From NCBI RefSeq assembly GCF_009914755.1, contig NC_060945.1: a stretch of DNA of 64,000 nucleotides; one strand, given 5' to 3'. Origin of the DNA: the human T2T-CHM13v2.0 reference genome, Homo sapiens. Both the position numbers and the translations under genes were made by a program. Below the pieces are notes generated by a model. That model had not been told where the DNA came from, did no database searches, and saw only the letters and a list, made by a program, of their open reading frames with translations. Shown here piece after piece: positions 1 to 14,925 of this stretch (position 1 is the stretch's first letter; every line of letters starts with the position of its first letter).

Positions 1-1171
1 TTCCCAAGTCCTACTGCCGTGGGCACTTGAAGGTGAGCGAGGCAGGAGCCTGGGTTTGGATGGGTTCTGGGCATCTTAGTGCTTGGAGCAGGAGCTGCTG
101 TTTGAGCTGGGTCATTATTTGGTGGGCCAGGATTCTCATTACTACCTTGTGATATGTTTCATACTTTTTAAAAAGCTTTTTTACTCCAAGGGAGACTTTG
201 GCTAGGATATACAGATTTTTCATAAATTTTCAAAGATTGCAGCCCAGGATGCTGTTGCTAAGAGTTTATCAGTCAGCAGGGACCATACTGCAGCCCTGCC
301 CTGACACTGCAACAGGGATGCGAAAGTCGTAAACAACACAGCTCGACTTCTGTGCCCAAAAAAGGCTCTGAACAGAATGAACCTTACAAAATCCAATTAC
401 TCAGTCTCTGGCAGGAAAGGAAAGCCTCTCAAAGTTAGAATAAAATTTCCTGGCAGAGAAATAGAGGAAAGGCTGCCAAGATGTCTGTGAGTATCCCAGC
501 GCATGGTGCGGTGAGGTTGGCACCACAGCAGGCGCCTGGGCTTGGCTTGGAGGTCCGGCCCCGTGGCGGTCACTCGACTCCTCAAAGAGGGTGGCTCTTC
601 CACAGAGACAGCTTCCTACAACTGGACCCAGCACGAGAGGCTCCGTGTCTACATTTGTTTTTCATTAATGATGGGATATGTCACAGTTTCTAGCAGGCAG
701 GCCCTTTTAGATCACACCAGATGATCTGCGGGGCTAGGTTACACACTTTTCATGGAAAATTTTGGGCGCCTGTCTGATCATGAGGTTAACCATTCATTCT
801 AGCTGGAAATTAATGTCACTGTAATATTGGATTCTTGTGGTCAGAGCCCAGAGCATTTTGAAGCACCACAGTTCCACTTCCCAGTAATTAGAAAATGCCA
901 TCGACCCATTGTCAGGCATCACAAGGAGGTCAAGGGCTCTTGCTGATACATGATCCTGCATGGACTGGGATGGATCTCTGGCGAACGGTCATATTTACAA
1001 ATGGAAATGACTGGCAGGCTTCCTCTGGTGTTAAGCCCCCCAGTGACCAGCTCTTGGAAGGCCATAGACCACTCATGGCATCTGCCTAGCTATCTATTTT
1101 CATAGCCATATGTAGGATTATTGTCTAGTGAGACGCATTTAGCAAATATTGTAACGTGTTATATAACCATG

Positions 1172-1287
1172 GTGACCTCCACAAACTATGTAACCTCTCT
1201 GTGTCTCAGTTACAAAAGAAACTTTTCCTATGTTGGCTGGAAGGGTTAAATTAAATAATGCATATAAATGGCTTATAAAATTATATG
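1172..1287 (+). mobile_element. MIR-like SINE fragment
   Basis: Resembles the MIR core (gtgacc...aacctctctgtgtctcagtt...ttaaattaaataatgcat). Confidence 0.5.
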
Positions 1288-2029
1288 GTCAAAGGAATTA
1301 CATTCTAATTTTTGAAATTTTTTCAAAGGAAATTTTCAGTTTTAATGCCCAATCTACTGGGTGAAACAAAAGAGATTCCAGGTATACCTTCCCCTTTCCC
1401 AAAAAAAGATAATCAAAAGCAAAACATAGTAGCTTATCCCTTGTCCTGATACAAGCAAGCTAATAAAATCTTGTGTACTTTAGGGCAGGTAGTGCCACCT
1501 CACATACATGGTTTAACTGAAGTGTTTCACTGAAGTTAGCTGATCAAGAGCCACTTTGCACTTGACCAATCTTTAAGTGCTGCTATGCCTGGACCAAATG
1601 TGACTTCAGCCAGGAGAACCCAGGCCTTAGAATTTAGGAGCCATTAGGTCAAGATGTCTCCAGTGGTGGGTGGGGCAGCAGAAGGGTGATGGTTGATGGA
1701 GCAGGTGTTCTGCCCACCTGGTCTCTTACCACTGCCTTCCCGGCAGGAGGCAGCTGGGCTATGTGCTGAGAGTCAGGCAGTTTATCCAGACCACAAGAAA
1801 GGGTTGTCCTGGGACTCATGCCAGCAAACACCTTCCAAAACAAACATAGCCAGGTTTGAAAAGAGGCAGCCTCGGAGCCTGCCTCAGGGTGTTTCCATGG
1901 GCACTCAAAAGCTTGGATAACTTCTGGTTGAGGGTTTCTTGGAAGCAGCCTGTTGGTGTGGAAGCAGGTGGCCTGCTGCTGTGCTAGCTGTCATTGGAGA
2001 CAGACAGCATGGCGGTGAGTGTGGCCAGG

Positions 2030-2225
2030 TGGGGAACCTGGTTCTGCGCCTGTCTCTGTGACCTTGGAAAGCTACACAGACCTCTCTACATCTTGGTTAC
2101 AAAAGCAAGACTTCTTTCATATGTTGGTTGAAAGGTTAAATTAAGTAATGCACACGAAGTGCTTATAAAAACTATGTGACATTTACAGAATTCTCAATAC
2201 ATGTTAGCTATTCTTCTCATTATTA
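2030..2225 (+). mobile_element. MIR SINE fragment
   Basis: acctgggttct...ctgtgaccttggaaag...tctcaatacatgttagctatt, typical of the MIR core and 3' end. Confidence 0.6.
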
Positions 2226-2953
2226 CTGGAAAGGAAATATAAGGTATTTCACTCCGGAATAAATAGAATAATCGAGGCAGGCAGTGTGGGGTAATGGACT
2301 TCAGGTGGAAAGAGGCTGGGAAGAGTGAAGATACCTGGGTTCTGGTTGAACAAGCCAGAAAACCTCAGGGTGGCTGTTCTGAAACCCTAAAACTAGGGCC
2401 CTGGTGTTTTTCCCAAAGTGCTGCTGGGGAAACAGCTGCAGGATGTTTCTGGGGCACTGGTGTGGGGGAAGATACCCTGTACAAAGACATGTGTTTGTTT
2501 AAGTGTTAAGTACAGTTTAAAAGTTTTATTTAATGAAGGCTTGCATTATCAGAGTTGATGAGGGGGGCACGGAGTGGATTTTCAACCTGGGGCTTTAGAG
2601 TGCAGGCCTTCTGGATTGATGTGTAGTCGATTACAGATGTTTATTCCTTGGAGTGGCATCCGTAGCCTCCCCTGGAAAGATCCCAAATGGATCAGAGCTG
2701 AGGGATTTCTGTCCCAAATGCCTGGAACTGACTGGCATATTGGCATATATGGTGGTATATATAAGTCAAATTTTCTGCACATTTGCTGGTACTGATTCTT
2801 CTTCACAAGAACAATTCTCTACCTTCTAGCTTTGGTACTCACGTAGCCTTCAAGACGCTCTCCTGTCTAATATTTCCCACATCCTGGGGTTTGGATTGAG
2901 AAGGCATGGCTGTGGCAGCCACTTTGTGTAAAGTGGCAAATAGGGCAGCTTAC

Positions 2954-3069
2954 CAATGGTCTCCATCGTGTCTCTCTCTTCAATCAAAAGCTGAGCCCTG
3001 GGTATGTCGATGTGCATTCGCAGGGTCTGCTGTTGCTTGCTTAACGTATCTGAAGTCCGGGTATTCTTA
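2954..3069 (-). CDS. DSCAM: DSCAM exon ~29 (116 nt), intracellular domain
   Basis: (S)[38 protein letters not shown]; TTCCCAG|T acceptor, TTG|GTAAGC donor. Confidence 0.97.
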
Positions 3070-4991
3070 CTGGGAATAAAATGGGGTAATGCATTAACAA
3101 ATCCAGTTCAGTGTTAACATTCTACCAACATGCACCTGTATACCAACTTAGTTTATTGTCTAAATATACAAATACCTTGTGAGGAGGGGAACAGAAAACG
3201 TACATACTATGAAAACGTTTCCTTCATTCAAATGTTATTTATTTATTAATATTAAATTTCAGCTGGCTGGAGAGTTTCAGAAAATACAAATTGTCAATAG
3301 AGATTGGCTCTATATCTACCAATAGAATCTTTAGAAAGTTCTCATTTCTTGTGTAAATGCTAAATGAAACAAATGAAAAGCAATTAAAAACCAACAGCAT
3401 TTTCATTTGTCAGATGTGAGATATTCCAGTGATGGTGAGGAATAAAGCACCAGATATTCCAAAGATGGTGAGGGAAAAAGCACGTGCACCAGCTGTTTGT
3501 CGGATGGGAGTTTTACTAATGGATTTGTATTTATATCTGGTGTCATTTTATTTTTGTTCTAGAAGCAAATCACAAACCTTGTTAGCTTCCCTGACGTTAG
3601 TTTTCCTAACTGATAGTACATTTTAGAATGGAAAAAAAGCAATTACTATCATAATTTAATCTCAAAATTTGTGTATCAGAAGATTACTCTTAGAGTGAGC
3701 TGTTCTCTAAAAGTAAATGAAAATAAGTAGTAAAACTGCATGGTAGAATCGGATTCAGTTATAGCCTGCAGTTAAAAAAAAAACTCCACGTTGCACAAAA
3801 ATCTAAAAAAGTCAATAAAGACTTTAATTAGCAATCCACATTAGAAGGGTGGTTGTTCAGTCTTTACAGAATAATAAGACTTTACTAGATGTTCAAATAG
3901 TATTTACTGAAGCATCCTCTAAGAAGCAGCAGTCACTTGGATAATCCAATCAATGGCATAATCTATGGCATCCATCAATCCAGCTCAATTGTTGTTAACA
4001 CTGGTTTTGAGAAAGATTTCTGGAGCCTAGTTAACTCAATAATGGTTTACCTCTGTGTTACTTTTAGTGGAGACCAAAATAGGAATACTCAATGCTACAT
4101 TTTAAATGCTTTCCCCTCTAACCGAGCCATTTACCCCAAGTCCCAGGGCTGTGCCTCCACCGATCCTTCCTTGTTAATGAGGACTCATCCACTCTTAAAC
4201 CAAGTGGTGGACAGAACTTTAATTATCCCAAAGTGAAGGTCACTCAAGTACCCCCTTAGATGTTTGCCTGATGAGATCCATGTATACTCCTCGTTTGAGT
4301 AAAAGCAAATTATCCCATGAAAAAGACAACTTCTGAAAGGTGCAACATTCCTACTTAGGACTTGATCTTGAACCAGATTGCTTGCTCTGCAGATAAGGAA
4401 CTGGGCTATGTACCTACATCATGCTAATTATGCAGAGCCCAAATTCAAACGTTTTGTCCTGACTTTTCACATGGTCTCCAAGCTCTTTCAAATTACTGAC
4501 TTAACTAACTTGTCATTCGTTGATTTTGTTAAAAAGAGAGTAATGAAAAAATTCAAATAATCAAATAAAAGGAGGAGCATTTTGGTTACTTGGGGGGCTG
4601 CATTTACGGCATGCTTAGACAAGCTATATTTCCACAAAAACATATGGGGAACTACTCCTCTGTGAATATCCCAAAGATCTGTTTAGAAACCTCACTAGGG
4701 ACTTGAGCTTGTCCTTGCACCAAAAATAGAAGTGTGAGCTAGTTCCTTCTGCTCTTCATGAATAGTTATGAGGCAGTCAGCGGCTGCTCTATTAAATAGC
4801 GATGAACACCAAGTGCAGGCTATACTTAAACAACAATAAGGGGTCTGCTACCAGATTGCCACAGGAAGCAGGCTAAATAATGGCTGTGAACCACTGCGAC
4901 TGGCTGGCACCAAGATTTAGAACTTGATTCAACTCTGCGAACCAGGACAACCAAGGCTGGAGGTAAATTCTTCCTCCTCAGAAGACTATAA

Positions 4992-5400
<409 letters not shown>

Positions 5401-5584
5401 GGACTCACAGTTCTTCTTTCTCTTTGCACTTGGCTGTTCCCGTTGTTTAGAACACACTTCCCCTGCTACCCCCAAAACCCACATACTGGCTCCCTTGTTG
5501 CAAGGCTGGACTCAGATGCCATCATCTTTCCAGTGGAGCCAGGCTGGCCCTGCGATGGGGACGTCTTCTGTGTCCTGTCCCCAT

Positions 5585-5780
5585 TCTCTGTTTAATTTTG
5601 TCTGCTTGGCACTTATTACTCTCTAGCATATACTTAGTTGATTTATCTTATCCATTATCTGCCTCTCTCACTGGAAAATATGCTCCACCAGGGTTTTCTT
5701 CACCTGCTCTGTTTCCTGTGTCTCCCTAGAACTTAGAACAGTATATGGCCAAAGTAGGTGCTCAATAAATATCTGTGAAG
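5585..5780 (+). mobile_element. L2 3' end remnant
   Basis: cttagaacagtatatggc...gtaggtgctcaataaatatctg. Confidence 0.6.
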
Positions 5781-8494
5781 TAAATCCTCACATTGATTTA
5801 TTTTGAGGGCACAACGTGAGCTGAGTGAGATGTCCCCAAGACTTTGTTTTGAGGCAATAATATCCTTCTCATTCTAAAAGGTCACTGGATTCCAACTAAG
5901 TTATTTCATTACTTAATATTTGCTGTCACTTTTGACAATCTATTGTTACATTTATATTTATCACTCTGTGTTCTGTTAACCTCAAAAATGATAACAATTG
6001 GTCATTAGAATGGCAGCAAACCTTAAAAAAGTGATTTGAACAAACCTCATTTGCAACCTGGAAAAACAGTCCAAATGTTTTCACTGTGGAAGCAAAAATT
6101 GCATCTTTTTTGCATGGCATAGGATCATGCTAAACATATTAGTTATTATTGAGCTATAATCTTCAACCATCCATTTATTTGCCATCTGGTTGTTTGAATA
6201 AAATGAGAAGAAGAGGAGAGCAGAGACGGTTTCATAGGGCAGAGAATTTCCCAGCTTAGCCAATCAATTATTTGCAGCCACTGCCACTCTTCAAAGTCTT
6301 AATAGTCCATCATCCTCCCAAATATGACACAGAACATTCCTTAAATGTACAATGACTATTGGACTATTAGGAGCATAGCTCATTATAACACTAGGGTAGA
6401 GATTTTTTATTATGTGCACAAAAATATGAACATCAAAAAAGCTGAACTAATTTGAACCTTTTTCTGCTTACACCCAACTCACTCGCTAATGCTGATTCCT
6501 GGACCTTAAACATTATATGTTAGCTCTCTACAGTATACAGTTATCTCTTTGGAGCAAACACCTCTTAGAAGGCTGTTTTTTAAAAATAAAAATCTTACAT
6601 AAAAATATAAAAGGACAATCTTTCTGTCTGGGTGTGAGGGATGCAGTCTCTCTTCTCTGGGGTGATGTGCATGGGTGAAACAGGTGGATATCTAGGAGCA
6701 TGAAGCCCAGCAATGGGTGATGCTGCCAGGCCAGGAATCCCTGGGGACCTAGACTGAGTGGGTATGTTCTGCTGTCCAATCTGCCTTCCTGGCCTGGCCC
6801 TCAGCTAATCTCCCTGAAATACGCAGATACTTCTTGGTAGAAAATGGTTGAAAAATAAATGTTACATCCATTTAGAACACAGAATGTGGAGTGATAAAGC
6901 TAGAAACAATGTTGAATTTTTTATTTTATTTTTATTTTTTAGGTAAGGAAAACAAAGCGGTAAAATGACCTACTAAGATCTGAAAACCAGCTTATGGCCA
7001 CATGGGGCCTAGAGCACAGACTTGTGGTTCGTATTCTCACTGTACCAGGCTGCCAGTTCCTTTGACTTCTAGAGAAAACAGCAACACAGACCAGGGGTAG
7101 CTGTTCAGTATCTTTCTCTCTGCCAGTGGACATGATTTGTCTGGACCCCCTGGGCCATGTCCAAATATGGTTGATCCTAAATTGACCAGTTAGGTAATGA
7201 GGTTTTTGTTTGCTTGGCCCATTCACCTGCCGAACTTAGATTGAACCAACCTTTCATGGGTAAAAGCTTTGCTTTTACTTCTAAATTAATCCCATACAAA
7301 TCCACCTATTGGAGGAGCTTGAAAATTCTCTTCCTTTTCAATCACTTTGACCATTTGAAGGAAAACCACTGTAACTATCATAAGTGGTTGTGATTACTGG
7401 CTTTACTCTTCCTAATTCATGCTGGTAACTGGCAATAGGAAGACCATAATTAATTCCTCCTCTTATCAACAGATGGTCTTGCAACCACAGCAACTGCCCT
7501 ATTCATAGAGGATGCTTGCTAATGTCTTTCTCAGAGGCTAGGGAGAAGGAGTAGGAATGTACTCTAGAATATGAGGAGAAGAGAAAAAGCAAATCATCCT
7601 AATTGAGCAAATGTTGAACATGTCAGAAAATATAGCCCGCAGTTTCACAGCCTCTGGACAAAGGCATGATTTACAGTTTGGGAGTAGATAGGGGAGGGGG
7701 CCAGGGTAGGTTGTGCAGAGCACAGTTGAGGGGAGGAGAAGCTCTCTGGAGGGCTGAAGGAGCCCTGCTCAGTGTACGGACTGGTGAAGCAGGCCCGGGG
7801 TGGGGTAGGGGTGGGGGCTGCGGTGGTGAGCAAACTCACGCCATTCTAAAGGGCTACTGTGCCTACCTCCAGGCACCATTATCACCTCCGCGGTGCTAGT
7901 ATGGCCAGGGCATTTTCAAGAGAAATCAGAAAGCCAAATTTTATGTGAAATCTCCTCATTTTAAATGTCATCAACTAATTCATATTTTTAAAGTCTACCT
8001 TTGACAATTTCTTTTATTAGGTAGATCAGTTATTACAAGTCATGTGACTCTGACTTCTTTGTTTTCCAGCTTCTTTGTGTTAAGCAGATCTTTGTTTTAT
8101 CAGATCTGCTTAACACAAGTGCATGTGTGTTTGGATGTGTTCCCTGTGACCCATAAATGTCACATAAACAAAAAGCACGGGCTGAAGGCATCTCATGCAA
8201 TTTCTGTAATCTTCTCCTGGAAATGTGATGAAGTACCCCTTATGAAGGAGATACTGTACAGGGAATTTGCATCTTTGCTTTTCCTCTGAGCTCCAGATTT
8301 CTGCTACCAGTTGTCTATCTGACATTTCCTCTGGATGCCTTAAAAATAATCCCAAATTCAACATGACCCAAATAGGTCTTTTCATTCCCATCAATACCTC
8401 CTCCCAACCTACCTTCCAAAAAAATCAAAAGTCCATAGCCTGCCTCTATCTTCCTAATCTTGGCAGATGGCACCAACATTCATCAGATCAGTCA

Positions 8495-8836
<342 letters not shown>

Positions 8837-10097
8837 TCATATCATTGTTTTACCTACGATTCACATTGTTTTGAAATACGGTATGGCCAAACAAAATGTC
8901 TGTAGGATGGAATCTGTGTGCCAATGGCATTCTACTACTGCCTTCGGTCTTCAAAGATATTAGTGATATGGAACATGGGAAGTTTTTAAATAACAAAGAG
9001 TACTAATTTTATATGTATAGATGGAGGAGGAAGTCACAGGCAAATGTGTTGGTGATGGGAGTGGGAAGAGGTCCTAGATCCACCCTCTCTCTCCCACGTA
9101 AATCATCCTAAACTGGCAATGTTGAGTTCACTATCGGAGTCCTTGACATTTTCCCTACTTATTTCCTAGACTCTGATTTTCCTTTTTCACTTTTCATGTA
9201 ATCATTGCAATATGAAAGGCCTAAAATGCAAATATCAGGGTGAGGTAACACATCAGGCAATTAATCCATACGTGTAAATGCTTCATATCAGAGTGTTCTA
9301 GTATTTACAGAGTAAAAAGGTTGGACAGCACAAGAAAACTGAACATTTGAAGAGGGGGACTGGGTGGAAAATAGAGTTTGGGGACGTGAAAGTAACACAC
9401 TTGTCACAGCTTTGCCAATCACAAGCCTGTGGACGTGTGAAAGGAAAGCTGTGAAGGATGCATTTCTGTCTTCCACAGTTGTGAACATTCTCGTACTCAT
9501 TCAATAACCACTCTTCATTCATCCCCTCCACGGTTATGAATGGGGCAACTACTGTGCTGGCTACTCCTAACACGAGGATGAACTATGAAGGCTGTGACTT
9601 CCAGGACCAGAATAGACAGTGAACAGACAGTGGTAAGAGGAGCTGAAGGGTGCCCTGGTGGAGGGTGCTGATGGAGACACAGAGCCTTTGAAGAGCATGG
9701 GGCATAGCACATTCCTTTTGTGCTTTTCTTTTAACTTGGATTATTCTGTTAGAAAGAAGGCTTGACCTCACCAGTAGTAAATTTAGATGAAGGCAAAACT
9801 AAAGCTACTTCCTCTTTACGTGCTTCTGTTCCCAGGCTAATGGGAAGCCTTCTATTGGTTGTGTCCAGCCAACAAGACAACTACCTGTGGCATGTCTACA
9901 AATACATCATTTTCATCTACACCTTCAGCTAGGCATTACATGGATATTTTGGAATGTATAGGAAATTACAGTCTTTTCTAAAAAGAAAAGACATTATCAA
10001 TTTCAGACTGCCATTATTAAAAAAATAGAAATCATCAAGGCAAGTTGGAAATTGTTCTTTCAAACATGATATCTGGGGTGCTAGGTCTTGTTCTTAC

Positions 10098-10128
10098 CTC
10101 ATGAGCATTTCAGCTAAACTCTTTGCAT
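10098..10128 (-). CDS. DSCAM: DSCAM exon ~28 (31-nt small exon), intracellular domain
   Basis: (D)AKSLAEMLM(S); CTTTCTTTCCCCAG|AT acceptor, GAG|GTAAGA donor; needed to keep frame between its neighbours. Confidence 0.95.
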
Positions 10129-11345
10129 CTGGGGAAAGAAAGTTAACATTAGTACATGGTAAATAACTCATTAACATTCACTTAGGCATTTATGACAAAT
10201 ACTCTACAGTCAGATCAGAACAGTCATTTTGAAACACAATCATATACCCAGCTCACTACTAATGACCTAGAGTTTCATGGAGTCCTTATTTCTTCTAAAT
10301 GGGACTTTTAAAATGTATTTTATTAATTACAAAAATATCAACATAACTATCCTATGATTATAACATTCTCAGACATCTACTAAATGTTTTATTCCAACCT
10401 ACAGTCACTTCTAGGAAATCCAATTTTATTTTCAGTAGTCAGAAAATTAACATTTTGAGGGTATATCATTTACGTTGAACAAACCCATGCTTTTTGTTAT
10501 CAAAATATCAGAAGTAAGTGGCATTATTACAGAGCTCTGAGCTCCTTGGGTTGACCAAAGAATCGTATAAATGAAATATAAATGTTCCTGGAAACTTAGA
10601 TGTTTATTTTGAATTCAGAAATTAAAAAAACTTTATTTTTTTTTTCTCTGAGCACATTGTTTACCAAGACCGGGTTACCACTCTTGACAGAAGGAATCCT
10701 GACTAAAAGTGTAGGAAAAAAAAAATCCCTTTTTTTGGTGGTGTTATTTTGAAATTCCCGTTTCCTTTAAAATATAATTTATTCTTTTTACACATTTGGT
10801 CCTGGCAAAAATGAATGTTTCCTTACTTAGAGCACAAAAACCTTCTTTTTGTTTTTATTTCATTGCTCTCTAAAAAGTCTTGATGCTAAGTATACTGTTC
10901 AATGAACAGAACTTTCCGGAAATGGACTCAGCTGACAGTGTGACCAGCTCTGCAGTGAAAGTATACGTATGTGGGAGCATTTCCATCTCATGCCTTTGGG
11001 GGCTGACAATTAAACGTAGTCAGTTTCTGCACAGTGGGCAGCATGCTATTTCTGAAAGACGTGGACAGTCACAGAATGACCACGTAGAGGCTGTCCTTGC
11101 CATGAGCCAAGCTTAGTTCGTTAAGTTGGCCAGTCCCAATGGTAACCCCAAGATGGGGCCTGGTTTTGTGCACAGATGGGTTCAGCCTGGGCAATGAAAC
11201 AGGGCCCATATACTCCACCCACACAGCAAAGAAAAGAAATCAAAATAGGATTGGATTTCCCAGTTCATGTCTTTATATTTATCTGCAAAGACACAGTAAA
11301 TATAATGAATTTCCTCTTTCCCTGAATGATTTAACACTTACAAAG

Positions 11346-11436
11346 TATATATATATATATATATGTGCTTATATATACTTCATGTATGTATATATATATA
11401 CATACACACACACACATATATATACACATACATATA
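11346..11436. repeat. (TA)n/(CA)n compound microsatellite
   Basis: Read directly from the sequence. Confidence 0.9.
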
Positions 11437-14190
11437 ATGCCAGAAGCCTGGACTTAATTAGCTCCAATGAACTACCAAGCAGTGGCTGGTACAATACTCT
11501 AAAAAGGGGGAAACAAATTCAAGGAGTAAACATCCCACTTCAGTTCACACTTGAAAGAGTTCTCAGCCTCAATTGTCTTCTGATCAACTGCTTTCCTCAT
11601 TCTGCCCGCCACAATAATCTCTCCTTTTCCTATTCTCGGTCAGTCATCACAGCTCTCTCCTATGAGCTGTTCATGGCAATGTACTAAGGAATTGCGGAGT
11701 CCAGCAGGGAGAAAAGAGCTCCCCACAATGACTGCCATGCCGACAGCAGACCTCTCTTGGCTGCCACGTGCAGGCATCCTCCCCAAGGCTAAGGTCTTTC
11801 ACAGGTCTAGATGCCAAGGGTTGACCGTTTGGGTCAACCCTTCCCTAAACCTAACACTGACCCCACCTTAAAGGAGCATGGGACGTGGGGAGCTTTGCCA
11901 TGAACGGGCAGTGTGCTCCATGCAGAGAATTCACATGCATCGGAATTATGAGCCCATTTGAGAAGTAAAGTCTAGGTCAATTTGACTGGACAGAGAAGTT
12001 GCCAGGATGGTGGTCTGGTGCACAGTCTAGACATTAAAGAGCTAAGGAGATGTGACTTTGTATTACTGACCTGAAAGCTTCTACCTGGGCCAAAGGGAGA
12101 GAGGAAAAAGGAGGGCAGAGGTGGGTGGTGGATGGGTGTGGGTGCTGTGAACTAGCATCCACCAGGCAATCCAGAATGCTCTGAATGTGGAGGTGGGGGC
12201 CTGGGACTTGTTGAAAGCTTCTTAGTCCTTAGTCCAAGTGAGAGGCTCTGGGCATTAGAGAAGAGAGCCAGGGTTATGTGGGTAACATTATAATGTGAAG
12301 ATAGAGGAAATCTGTACGAATCAGAGTCCTACCAGGTGTACAGTGGGACAAGGAGGAGTTGCAGGGAGTCCAGGAAAAGGGCAAGATTTGGGATATGCAG
12401 AGCTGGATGTAGTAACATGAGTGACAGGAATGGACTAGAACAACATGGAAGCAGCAATCTTGGGAGAGACTTGTCTAGTTTCAATATCGGGGGACATTAG
12501 GTGAGGCTGTTCAGAGGCAAATTTGGAATCAAATTTGGAAAGATGCCAGGGCTGAGATGAGGGTCTGGGTGTTTTTCATATCCCCATAGAGAGAGTGCAA
12601 AAAGAAGATGGCAAAATCTCATCTGGGACACACTTTTGTTGAGGGTGAGAAGAGAGTCTGAGACAAGCCAAGAAAAAAATTTAAAGTCCCGGAATCACAG
12701 AATCTTAAGAGCAATAAAGACTTTTCAGATTGGCCACCTAATGAATGTTGGAATCCCTTTCACAATGTCTTACACAGACGTACACATATTCTCTGTCTGC
12801 ATGAATCCAGAGCTGGGGCCACTGCCACTCCACGGTTGGGGTCGGTGCTCCTGCTGCACACCTAGTGTCCTTCCTCTCCTCCCAGTACTCTCCTGCCTTC
12901 CAGGTCTGCAGGTCTCTCCCAGCCAGCATGTCCCCAGGGGAACCTTTGTTTTTTCTCTTCTCAGTCCTAATCTCACTTATTAGTCAGCATCCTTACTGCT
13001 GGTGTGCCCAACACTGATACCCACACTGCAGGAAGGGTGAAGACTGGAATCCATCTTACTGAGTGATACCTGTGCTTTGAAACCTTCAAAGGGACCTCAC
13101 TGCAACAGCCCTCATTAGCACAGAGAACCCACCTTCCGTGCTGGTCCAAGCTGTCATCCGGCTCCGCTGCCGCTCACTTGTAACCTCCAACCTCTCTCTG
13201 AGTTTCCTGCACTTGCCACTTTCTGCAGAGAGCCCAAGACTTTGCTAGTGCAAAGCCGTCCATCGTCCCCACCGCCCCATGCAGACGCAACTTGCTCCGT
13301 GTACCCTCCCATGCCCAGTAGGCAGGGGTGAAGCTTCGGTTCCCTCCGCTTCCCTGGACCTCTGCCTTATATCTCAGACAGCCCTTCCCAGCTCATACTG
13401 TGCCCACCTGTTTTCGGGTTGTCTTTCTCTTGGCCCTTTTGGGCACAGTCCTGTCCCTGATCCATAGTGAAGCTGCACAAAGATTTCCTGAGGACACATT
13501 TAATTGTGAGAGACATCTTCCTTTTCTTGTGCAGAAATTCCTTGATGTAATTTTAACCTGAAGTCATTTGCCAGCTGTTCAGATATTTCCATGTAGCTGC
13601 ATTTCCCTTGCTTGGCCTCAGCTTTCTCTTTTCTGGGTTACATTCTCTAATTTTCTCAGCCACTCCTCATACGGAATGATTTCTAGGTAATTCCCTACTT
13701 GGGAATCTCTTCTTTGAAAGGTTTGTGATTTTTTTATTTCTCTATAAAATGAGGCTGAGAAAGACGCTGGTAATTCTTGATCTTCTAGCACACTAGGGAG
13801 AGCACAATGCTCATTATACGTGTTGCAAATGAATTTTTTTTTACAACTTCTATAGAAGACTTCACAATTATTCCTATTAAACTGTATCTTCTTGCTTCCA
13901 GCCTTTCAAAATCTCTTAAAATGTGGATTTGTCCCTCTAATACATTAGCTTCCCCACCAGGATGTATGTGGCCTCCAAGATTGGATTAGCCTGCCCATGC
14001 TTTCAGCTACATCCTGGTGTACCCTTATTAATCAGCCCTGTCAAAATGCAAATGGAGTTTGTCTGGGCCCCTGGTGGTCCCTTCCCTTCCCTGATTGCTC
14101 ACAAAACATCCTTTCTATAACCTCAACTAACTTATTTCAGTCTATAATGTCCAGAATTAATCTATTGTTGTTGAAAATGGGTCCAGGGTC

Positions 14191-14545
14191 TAGATGCTCT
14201 TTGACTTACGATTACCTCCTGATGAACCCATCATCAATTGAAAATATAATTAAGTCAAAAATGCATTTAATATGCCTGACCTACCAAACATCAGGGCTTA
14301 GCCTAGCCTATCTTCAACGTGCTCAGAACATTTACCCTACCCTACAGTTGGGCAAAACTATCTAACACAGAGCTTATTTTATAATAAGGTGTTGAGTATC
14401 TCATGTAAAAATAATGGATCACATATCACTAACCCAGACAAAGATCAAAATTCAAAATACAGTTTCTACTGAATGCATATCATTTTTGCACCATTGCAAA
14501 GTCAAAAACTCCTAAGTTGAACCATAGTAAGTCAGGGACCATCTG
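14191..14545. mobile_element. TcMar-Tigger MITE (MER47A-like)
   Basis: Imperfect TIRs tagatgctctttgacttac ... gtaagtcagggaccatctg; internal cttagcctagccta motif; about 355 bp. Confidence 0.7.
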
Positions 14546-14925
14546 CATAATCATTTTCTAACACCTCTAATTTACATTTGATTGTTCAAAGGTTATCCAG
14601 AAAGATCTTGGGGTTATGTCTGGAAAAATTTTGTTCAGAACCCTAAAATGTTATCCTTCAGAATCATGGGACTGGAACCCCATGACAGCTTCCCTAATTT
14701 TTTAAGTGGTGGAGATCTTTCCTTTCAGTGAAACAGCACAGCATTTATTCTGTCTGCATTAGGCTGCTTACGCTTTGGAACTTGTGTAATAGTTCTTTGT
14801 AAACATTGTCTGCAAAAAGCAACATCTCCACCTCCACATAATGGCTAATACAGAGTATGTTTTGAAAAAAAATAAATCCTTTTAAACTATCAGGGTGCTG
14901 ATTATTTTCATAAGCATCCTGAGTT

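Noticed and set aside
11-724. Overlapping 60-77 aa ORFs in a CpG-containing patch, considered as an extra DSCAM exon or pseudogene
   Set aside because: No match to the expected next DSCAM peptide (DDRSTVLL...) or to any family I recognise; the next exon appears to lie outside the window
11139-11687. 182-aa ORF
   Set aside because: Runs through a (TA)n/(CA)n repeat; no domain features
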